A program made the translations under genes and the position numbers. Shown here in pieces: positions 55,781 to 64,000 of a stretch of 64,000 nucleotides of DNA (its first letter is position 1; the number at the start of each line of letters is the position of its first letter). Source of the DNA: an uncultured Gemmatimonadaceae bacterium. GTDB taxonomy: Bacteria > Gemmatimonadota > Gemmatimonadetes > Gemmatimonadales > Gemmatimonadaceae. Location: NCBI GenBank assembly GCA_963829055.1, contig CAWHHI010000016.1, positions 256,001 through 320,000 on the forward strand, given 5' to 3'. Below the pieces are notes generated by a model that was given only the letters and a program-made list of their open reading frames with translations, did not search any database and had not been told where the DNA came from.

Positions 55781-56450
55781 ATGCTCAAGGAAACGATGAC
55801 GCGCGCGCCCGCGGACGATGGTACCGTTGCTTCACCTGCCGCGCTCGACGCGGAAACACACGCGCTCGTGCGGCTGGCTGGTATCATCACCGCAGGGAGT
55901 GAGATTCAGATCCGTGCATCGCTCGTCCACGCTGCGGCCGCGTGCCGGCCGGAGTGGGTGGAGGAAGTCGTGCTGCAGTCATATCTGTTCGCCGGGTTCC
56001 CGCGCGCCCTCAACGCCGCACGCGAATGGCGGCGCATTTCCGGACGCTCGGCCCCCGATAGCGATGAGGGAGAAGACTTCGACCAGGCGTCACGCTGGCG
56101 TACCGAAGGGGAGGCCACGTGCGCGATAGTGTACGGTCCGTTCTACGAGCGCTTGCGGCACAACATCCGCGCAGTTGCATCCGGCGCTGGACGCCTGGAT
56201 GATCGTGGAAGGGTATGGCAAAGTGCTCTCGCGCCAGGCACTCGACCTTCGTCGTCGAGAGCTGTGCATCGTGAGCGCGTGCGCGATGGCACGCCAGGAT
56301 CGTCAGCTGCATTCGCACCTGCACGGGGCCAAACACGCCGGGGCGTCGCCCGAAGAAGTGCTCGGTGCGATCAACGCCGTCGCGGACCTGCTTGGTCCGG
56401 ACGACACACGCCGGTATCACCAACTGTTCGCGCGAGTGTTAGGCAGATGA
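55781..56450 (+). CDS. Carboxymuconolactone decarboxylase/AhpD-fold protein (frameshift near 56172)
   Basis: EEVVLQSYLFAGFPRALNA; second frame GYGKVLSR..LD.R.REL......QL.SHL.GA...GAS.EE. Confidence 0.82.
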
Positions 56451-56472
56451 TCGCGCATGGGGCTCGCTGATC

Positions 56473-57489
56473 GTGTTCATTGATCGTGTGGTGGTTCGCG
56501 TCGAAGCCGGAACGGGTGGGTCGGGCGCGAGCTCGTTCCGCCGCGAGAAGTTCGTTCCCATGGGCGGTCCCGACGGCGGCGACGGCGGCAAGGGCGGAGA
56601 CGTGATCGTGCGGGGGGATGACAACCTCGCGACGCTGCTCGACTACACCTACCGAGACAACTGGACGGCCGAACGCGGCGAGCACGGGATGGGCTCGAAC
56701 AAGACTGGACGCTCGGGCTCGGACGTCGTGCTCCCAGTGCCGCCTGGCACCGTCATTCGCGAAGTCGGAGGCGCGCACCTCGGCGAAATCCTCGCGCACG
56801 GCGACGAGATCATCGTCGCTCGTGGAGGGCGAGGCGGGAAGGGGAACGCATTCTTCGCGACCGCGACGCATCAGTCACCGCGCGAATGGCAGCCAGGCGA
56901 GGAAGGCGAGCAGCGCGCGCTGGAGCTCGAGCTCAAGCTCATTGCGGATGTCGGGCTGGTGGGGAAGCCTAACGCTGGGAAGTCCACACTGCTCTCCGTG
57001 ATCTCGGCCGCGCGCCCGAAGATCGCCGACTACCCCTTCACCACGCTGTCACCCAACCTCGGCGTCGTACAGCTCACCGATGGTCGAACGTTCGTCGTCG
57101 CGGACATTCCGGGCATCATCGAAGGTGCCCATGAAGGGAAGGGCCTTGGCCTCCAGTTCCTTCGCCACGTGGAGCGGACGCGCGTGCTGGCGTTCCTCAT
57201 CCCGATCGACGCCATGGACTGGCAACAGGAATACGACGAGCTGCGACACGAAGTAGCGGCCTACTCCGCCGAGTTGGCCCAGAAGCCTCACTGCGTGGTG
57301 TTCACCAAGATGGACTTGTTAGGCGAGGACTTCGTCCCTCCCATCGAGACCCCAAATGCGTTCGGCTCCTTCGCCATCAGCGCCGCGGCACGTACCGGCC
57401 TCGATACGCTACTCGCCGGTTGGTGGCGCCAACTGCTGGGGATGCGGAAGTCGACCCAACGCCGTGAGGGAAGCGCTCAGCTCCCCTGA
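56473..57489 (+). CDS. obgE: GTPase Obg
   Basis: MFID...V.AG.GG.G..SFRREKFVP.GGPDGGDGG, LELKLIADVGLVGKPNAGKST, YPFTTL.PNLG, DIPG, TKMD. Confidence 0.97.
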   Translation: MFIDRVVVRVEAGTGGSGASSFRREKFVPMGGPDGGDGGKGGDVIVRGDDNLATLLDYTYRDNWTAERGEHGMGSNKTGRSGSDVVLPVPPGTVIREVGGAHLGEILAHGDEIIVARGGRGGKGNAFFATATHQSPREWQPGEEGEQRALELELKLIADVGLVGKPNAGKSTLLSVISAARPKIADYPFTTLSPNLGVVQLTDGRTFVVADIPGIIEGAHEGKGLGLQFLRHVERTRVLAFLIPIDAMDWQQEYDELRHEVAAYSAELAQKPHCVVFTKMDLLGEDFVPPIETPNAFGSFAISAAARTGLDTLLAGWWRQLLGMRKSTQRREGSAQLP

Positions 57490-58523
57490 CTTTCGAATCG
57501 ACGCCCTGGCACTCGCGCTCGCGCCAGGTGTCGGCCCGCGAAAATACCGCGAGCGCACGCAGGGTTTCGGATCCGCCGCTCAGGCATTCGGCGCGACCAT
57601 TCCCGCGGGCCAGCAATCACGTCTTCGCGACGAAGCCGTCCGGGCGGTCGGCCGACGGCGAGCGTTGTGGCGCGCGACTCCTGATGATCGGCGACGCCGA
57701 CTATCCGGCGCCGCTGCTCGACCTCGGCGATCCACCGCCGTTCCTGTTCGTCCTCGGTGAGCTGTCCCGCGTGACGGATCCGGCCGTCGCGATTGTAGGG
57801 ACGCGGCGCGCGACGGCGTACGGAGAACGAGTGACAACGGCGCTGAGCGGCGCTCTCGCAGCCGCAGGCGCGACTGTCGTGAGCGGGATGGCTCGCGGCA
57901 TCGACGCCGCCGCGCACCGCGCCGCGCTGGCGCGCGGCGGCATCACGGTCGCCGTGTTAGGCACCGGCGTCGACGTCGCGTACCCCGTCGGGCACCGATC
58001 GCTACATCGAGCAATCGCGCAGCATGGCGCTGTGATTTCCGAGTTCCCATGCGGAGTGCACGCCCAGCCGGCGTCGTTTCCACGACGGAACCGGATCATT
58101 GCGGCGCTGGCGCAGCTGACGCTCGTCATCGAGGCCGGCATCGGGAGCGGAGCGCTGATCACCGCTGAGCATGCGGCCGATCTCGGGCGAGATGTGGCGG
58201 CCGTTCCCGGCCAGGTCGATTCGCCGCAGAGCGCAGGGTCGAACGCGCTCATTCGCGACGGCGTGCACACCGTGCTCTCGGCGGCGGATGCGCTGTCGCT
58301 GGTCAAGCTCGCGGACCCGGCAACGCGTCGCGACATCACACCGACGCTCCAGGGTGACGAGCGCGCCGTCTGGACGGCGCTCGCCGATGGCGCGACGCCG
58401 ATCGACATCCTGACAGAGCGGGCCGGCCTCACGCCTCGCCGTGCGCTCGCGGCGGTGACGGCGCTCGAGTTGGGCGATCTCATCGAAACGTTGCCCACCG
58501 GCGAGTTGCGGCGACGTCGGTAG
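57464..58523 (+). CDS. dprA: DNA-protecting protein DprA (frameshift near 57650; start approximate)
   Basis: YP..L..L.DPP..L, VAIVGTRRATAYG, VVSGMARGIDAAAH, FPRRNRIIA, EAG..SGALITA, AVPG, C-terminal winged helix. Confidence 0.93.
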
Positions 58524-58603
58524 GCCGAGGGGAGGAGCGGTGGGGCAGTCCGACGCTGGAGTAGGTGCCTAACGATTCCGGTCGGCGAACGTCATCGGTT
58601 CAG

Positions 58604-58970
58604 CGTCGATGCAACTGGACGCGGATAACGGCAACGGCCAGTTCACCGCGAAGGACGCAAGGGACTGCTTCGGAACGCATCCAGACGAAGGACGAACGGA
58701 TGCGCCATCTGACGGACTGACTCGCAGCACGCGACGGATGCTCTCGCGGCCAGTTTCGAGGCACGGCCTCGGAACCATTCAATTGGTGTCCCGGCGGTTG
58801 CCAAAAGCCGTCGCGAGGCTTCCGATCGCGATCGGATCAGGCCTTCAGATCCGGCCATCGTTTCGTCCTTCGTCTGAGATGCTGGCCGAAGCAGTTTCCG
58901 CGTCCTCCGCGCTGACCGGCGGTGAACGGCTGTTGCCGTTGCTTTGCGCTTGCAGTCGGACCGATCGACG
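58604..58970. repeat. Long imperfect inverted-repeat (foldback) element
   Basis: 58627-58720 pairs with 58837-58940 (AACGGCAAC, GTTCACCGC, AGGACGC, ACTGCTTCGG, CAGACGAAGGACGAA, ATCTGA.GG.CTGA). Confidence 0.85.
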
Positions 58971-59038
58971 GTGCTTGTCGTCTCGCGTCGAGCGGCGCCA
59001 ATCAAAATGTCGGACGCGGTCGACCACTATATTTCCGT

Positions 59039-60153
59039 GTGCCGCCTCGCCACGTCTACGTTCACGTTCCGTTCTGCGCTCGTCGCTGCTCCTACTGCGA
59101 CTTCGCCATCGCCGTGCGCCATCGGGTCCCGGCGGATGAGTATGCACGCGCGATCGCCCGTGAGCTCGAGCTCAGGGCGTTAGGCGGCTCCGACGCCACC
59201 GTCGACACGATCTACCTCGGCGGTGGGACGCCCTCGCTGCTCGGACCCGATGGCGTCAGGCGCGTGATCGACATCGTGTCCGAACGCTTCCCGCCGGCAT
59301 CCGGCGCCGAGATCACGATCGAAGCCAATCCCGACGACGTCAACGCCGCGTCGGTAGCGGGATGGCGCGCCGCTGGCGTGAATCGCGTGTCCCTCGGTGT
59401 GCAATCGTTTCATCCGAATGCGCTCGCGTGGATGCACCGCACGCACGGCGCAGATCAGATCACCGTCGCCGCGAATGCGCTGGCGGATGGCGGGATGGAG
59501 AACTGGTCGCTCGATCTCATCTTCGCGCTTCCCGAAGCGCTCGAGCGCGATTGGGCGCGTGATCTCGATGCGGCCATCGCGCTTGCGCCGCCGCACATCT
59601 CGCTCTACGGCCTGACGGTCGAATCGCACACCCCCATCGCGCGCTGGCGAGATCGTGGCGATACCGTCGAGGGCAGCGAGGACGTCTACGAGCGCGAGTA
59701 CCTCCACGCCGACGAAACGCTTCGTGGCGCCGGCTACGCGCACTACGAGGTCTCGAACTTCGGCAAACCGGCCGGACGTCTCGGCACAACAAGAGTTACT
59801 GGACCGGCGCGTCGTACGTCGGTCTTGGTCCGGCCGCTCACGGCTACAATGGCTTCGAGCGGCGCTGGAACGAGCGCGAATACGCGGCGTGGCTCCGCTG
59901 CGTGAACGAAGGCAAGGATCCTCTCGGTGGAGCTGAATCGCTCACGCCCGAGAACCGTACCTCCGAGGAGGTGTACCTTGGCTTACGGACCAGCGACGGT
60001 CTCGCCTTGCTGCCGAACGAGCGGGAAGCCGTTCGACCGTGGGTCGACGCCGGTTGGGGCACTGTCGATTCGGACCGACTTCGCCTCACCGCAACGGGTT
60101 GGCTGCGACTGGACGCACTTGCCGCGTCCTTGACGATGCTCAGAAGTCGTTAG
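59039..60153 (+). CDS. hemW: Radical-SAM heme chaperone HemW (frameshift near 59770)
   Basis: HVYVHVPFCARRCSYCDF, YLGGGTPS, EITIEANP, NRVSLGVQSF, HISLYGLT, HYEVSNF, LGLRT..G. Confidence 0.93.
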
Positions 60154-60159
60154 TACATT
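60130..60159 (+). promoter_or_regulatory. Putative sigma70 promoter of hrcA (leaderless geometry)
   Basis: TTGACG-18 nt-TACATT, then 7 nt to the ATG at 60167; no Shine-Dalgarno. Confidence 0.65.
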
Positions 60160-60166
60160 TATACTT

Positions 60167-61212
60167 ATGACATTCGCCGAGCTCTCAGAACGCGAACGCC
60201 GCGTGCTCGAAGCCGTCATCCAGAGCTACGTGGAGACGGCGGAGCCCGCTGGCTCGCGCACGATCTCGCGTCGCTTCGGCATCGGTGTGTCGCCGGCGAC
60301 GATCCGGAACACGATGAGCGACCTGGAAGAGAAGGGGTACCTCTTCCATCCGCACACGTCCGCCGGTCGGGTGCCCACGGACATCGCCTATCGCCTGTAC
60401 GTCGACTCGCTCATGCGTGTCGCACCCGATCGCGAGCTCCGACCGCGACCTGCTGGCCGAGCACCTGACGGCCAGCGGTGGGTCGACGATCGAGACGATT
60501 CTGCGCCGCGCCGCCCAGACGCTCTCCGTGCTGACCCAGGAGCTGGGAATGGCGGTCGGCCCACGGCTCGATCAGATCGTGCTTCAGCGGCTCGAGCTCG
60601 TCCGTCTGTCGAGCGAGCGGCTGGTGCTCGTGCTGTCGCTACACGGCGGCGCGGTGCGAACGATCTTCGTCGAGGTCGGTGAGCAGATCGCCGACAACGC
60701 ACTGGCCGAGGTCTCGGTGGTGCTGAACGAGCGCCTTGCCGGCCTGACACTGTCGGAGATCCGCTCGTCACTCGCGGCTCGCCTGCGTGATGCCAAGTCG
60801 ATCGTGGGTGGCCACGAGCTACTGAACATCTTCGTGCAGGAGCGCGAGTCGATCTTCGATGATCCGCTCAAGCGCGACGAGAGTCTCGTGCTCGGTCAAA
60901 CGTCCGTCCTCGCCGAGCAGCCCGAGTTCGCGTCGAGCGACAAGATGCGCCGGCTGCTCGACGCTTACGGAATCGAACGAGCATTCGACGGAGATCCTCC
61001 GCCGGCGCCACGTGAGCCCAGGCGTGTCGATCACGATCGGCAACGAGCACGGCGATCCGCGCTTCGAGAACTTCACGATCGTGACCTCGGAGTACCGTGC
61101 TGGCTCGCTCGCGGGCGTCATCGGCGTGATTGGCCCGACGCGAATGCCGTACGAGAAGGTGATCGCCGTGGTCACCCATGCGTCGAGACTCGTGTCGGAC
61201 CTGCTCGACTGA
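60167..61212 (+). CDS. hrcA: Heat-inducible transcription repressor HrcA (frameshifts near 60425 and 60965)
   Basis: LSERE..VL.AVI..YV.TAEP.GSR, SPATIRN.M.DLE..GYL..PHTSAGRVPT..AYR.YVD, QPEF, GVIGPTRM.YEKVI. Confidence 0.95.
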
Positions 61213-61308
61213 CGCCGCTGCGTTTGAGTAGCACTCAGCGTCACCCAGCCACCAGCACGACCACCCAGCAACAAGCCGCTCAAAATTTCGAATTAGCTTC
61301 ACGGCTCT

Positions 61309-62452
61309 ATGGCTGACTATTACTCCGTCCTCGGCGTCCCGAATACCGCGTCCGACGACGAAATCAAGAAGTCCTATCGCAAGCTCGCGATGCAGTTTCA
61401 CCCCGACCGCAACAATGGGTCGCAGTGAAGCCGAGGAGAAGTTCAAGGAGATCACGGAGGCGTATGACGTCCTCCGCGATCCCAACAAGCGCGCGGCGTA
61501 TGATCGCTACGGTGAAGCCGGACTGCGCGGTGCGGCTGGTGGTGGCGGGTTCCACCACGTGGATCTCTCCGAAGCGCTCGGCATCTTCATGCGCGATTTC
61601 GGCGGCTTCGGTGGACTCGGCGACCTCTTCGGCGCCAGCGGCGGCGGGCGACGTCAGGGCAACAGCCGCACGGGCACGGACGTCAAGTTCACCGTCGAGC
61701 TGACGCTCCAGGAAGTCGCGACCGGCGTTCAGAAGACGTTCAACGCGAAGCTGCTCGATCCGTGCGACCGCTGCGAAGGTTCAGGCGCGGAGCAGGGATC
61801 GAAGCCGCAGCGCTGCACGACGTGTAACGGATCCGGCGAGGTGCGGCGCGCTCAGCGCTCGTTCTTCGGCCAGTTCGTGAGCGTGGCGCCGTGCCCGACC
61901 TGTTCGGGTGAAGGCACCGTCATCGCGGCGCCGTGCAAGAAGTGTCGAGGCGAAGGACGCGTCCGCGGCGATCACTCGATTCCGGTGCAGATCCCGCCCG
62001 GCGTCGCGACCGGGCAGTACATGACGCTGCGCGGCCTCGGCAACGCGGGCCCGCGGGGCGGACCGCGTGGCGACGTGCTCGTCGTCTTCGAGGTCGCGGA
62101 CGATCCTCGCTTCGAGCGCGACGGTGAGGACCTCTACTGCGAGGTGCTGGTGTCGTATCCGCAGCTCGTGTTAGGCGCGGACGTGGAAGTACCGGCCGTG
62201 ACGACGAACGTCTCGCTGCGCGTTCCGCCCGGTACGCAGAGCGGACAGGTGTTCAACGTTCGTGGCCGCGGACTTCCGCGCGTGAACGCGTCCGGCGTCG
62301 GCGACCTGCACGTCCGCGTGCAGCTCTGGACGCCCGACTCCGTCACGCGCGAGGAGGAGGCGTTGCTGCGGAAGCTGGCCGAGACGCAGCAGACGCCACA
62401 GTCGCGCGAGAAGGGGTTCTGGACGCGCATGAAGGAAGCGCTCGGCGCCTAA
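61309..62452 (+). CDS. dnaJ: Chaperone DnaJ (frameshift near 61425)
   Basis: DYYSVLGV...[18 protein letters not shown] domain; G/F region; four CxxCxGxG repeats. Confidence 0.97.
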
Positions 62453-62484
62453 CGCGTGGGTCGCCTGACAGCAGTGAACGCTCC

Positions 62485-63310
62485 ATGAGCTGGCTCTCGG
62501 TTCGCGTCGTGCCCGCTCAGGAGCGCGACGCGGCGATGGCGGCGCTGTTCGCCGCCGGGGCGCAGGGTGTGCACGAGGACGGCAATGCGCTGGTGACGCA
62601 CTTTCCGCCCGAGACCGACATGGACGGCGTCACCATGGCCGTTCGCGACAGCCGATCCAGGGGCTGACGTGACGGTCGGCCGAGCGGCCGACACCGACTG
62701 GTCGGAGTCGTGGAAGGCATCTGCTCTCGACGCAGGTCGTGGGCGCGCTTCGCATCGCGCCGCCGTGGCTCGCCGCCGATCTCGACCCGACGAAGCACCA
62801 TTGTCGTTGATCCCGGGCATGGCGTTCGGCACCGGCGATCATCCGACGACGCGATCGGTCGCTCGACTCATGCAGCGGATTCCGATCGCGGGCGCGCGAG
62901 TCGCGGACCTTGGTGCTGGAAGCGCCGTGCTCGCGATCGCCGCGGCGAAGCTCGGCGCGCGCACGGTAACGGCGGTCGAGCTCGATCCGGACGCGATCGG
63001 CAACGCGAACGAGAACGTGGAGCGCAACGACGTCGCCGATCTCGTGCACGTGGTCGAGGGCGATGCTCTTCTTCTGTTGCCGCTACTGGCGCCACTCGAC
63101 GTCATCTTCGCGAACATTCTGTCGAGCGTCCACCTGCGTCTGCTGCCGGTGATGGCGCCAGCTTTGAGCGACGGCGGCCGCGGAATACTCAGTGGCATTC
63201 TCGTCGAGGAGCGCGCATTGCTCGTCGAGGTGCTCGACACATCCGGTTGGCAGATCATCGACGAGGACGTCGAGGACATCTGGTGGAGCGCGACGATCTC
63301 GCGTCGCTAG
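62485..63310 (+). CDS. prmA: Ribosomal protein L11 methyltransferase (frameshifted)
   Basis: DWSESWK, PGMAFGTGDHPTT, DLGAGSAVLAI, N...N.V, ANIL, ILSGIL; follows dnaJ. Confidence 0.9.
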
Positions 63311-64000
63311 CCGGCTTCTTCGCCGGCGCGGCAGCCGCTGGTCCGAGGCGGCGTCGCGCGGCTCGGCGAAGATGCGGCGCATCACATCCGCGTGCGACGG
63401 CTCAACGTCGGCGAGCGAGTGTTTCTCGCGGATGGCGCAGGCGCTCAGGCCGTCGGCTCCATCGTTCGCCTGTCCAGGAAGGACGCGGACGTGTCCGTCG
63501 ACGACGTCGCTCGGTTCGATGCACCCTCCCCGGTGCATCTCGTCGTGCCCGTCGCCGATCGCGACCGCATGCTCTGGTGCGCGGAGAAATGCGCGGAGCT
63601 CGGCGCGTCGACGTGGCGGCCGATCCTGTGGAATCGATCGCGAAGCGTCTCACCTCGCGGCGAGGGCGACGGCGTTCGCGGAGAAAGTCCGTGCACGGAT
63701 GACGTCGGCGCTGCTCCAGTCACATTCGGCGTGGCTGCCTGACGTGCTGGCCGACAGTGCGCTCGAGCAAGCGATCGCCGCCCTGCCCGCCGGGTGGTAC
63801 GCGCCTCGTGCTCGACGTCAGCGGCGAGCCGATCGCCGCCATGCGGTTCAGGAGTCCCGGTGACGATCGCGGTCGGACCGGAAGGAGGAATCGAGCCCGG
63901 GGAGCTTGCCGTCCTTCGCGATGCTGGCTTCCGCACGGCGTCGCGTTGGCGCGAACGTTCTGCGCTTCGAGACCGCCGCGGTCGCCGCCCTCGCCATCGT
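63283..64000 (+). CDS. rsmE: 16S rRNA m3U1498 methyltransferase (frameshifted, 3'-truncated)
   Basis: HHIRVRRL..GE...L.DG.G, EKCAELGA, IAVGPEGG, NVLRFETAA across frames. Confidence 0.9.

Noticed and set aside
61229..61254. CIRCE between hrcA and dnaJ (also TAGCACTC near 14490)
   Set aside because: Only a left half-site; no GAGTGCTAA at 9-nt spacing.

Overview
High-GC bacterial chromosomal segment (roughly two-thirds GC by eye; gene order and protein style tentatively suggest Gemmatimonadota). It contains the 3' end of ftsK; glycan cluster A on the minus strand (wzm/wzt, methyltransferase, asnB-like amidotransferase, GT4s, fnlA/rmlD-like/fnlC-like sugar pathway); a housekeeping block (yraN-recA-recX-alaS, a GGGP-synthase homologue, PHP phosphatase, gmhA, SDR, cca, ZIP, rarA, LEA2 lipoprotein, hflX); glycan cluster B on the plus strand (wecA-like, many GTs, Wzy/ligase-like protein, second asnB, carbamoyltransferase, gmd); two tRNAs; rfaE1, mlaEFD, asparaginase II, obgE, dprA; and hemW-hrcA-dnaJ-prmA-rsmE. 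Many genes at 12.7-30.6 kb and 56-64 kb carry single-base frameshifts that look like long-read errors. The strongest unexplained signal is a non-palindromic motif, CCTAAC(G/A), seen about 53 times on both strands. It is written into genes through rare codons and stop codons and is locally spaced about 1.1-1.2 kb apart. Other leads: an apparent AUU start for hflX, many putative leaderless promoters, sigma54-like boxes ahead of both glycan clusters and mla, a ~370-bp foldback element and several smaller palindromic repeats. All counts were made by eye; no searches were run.
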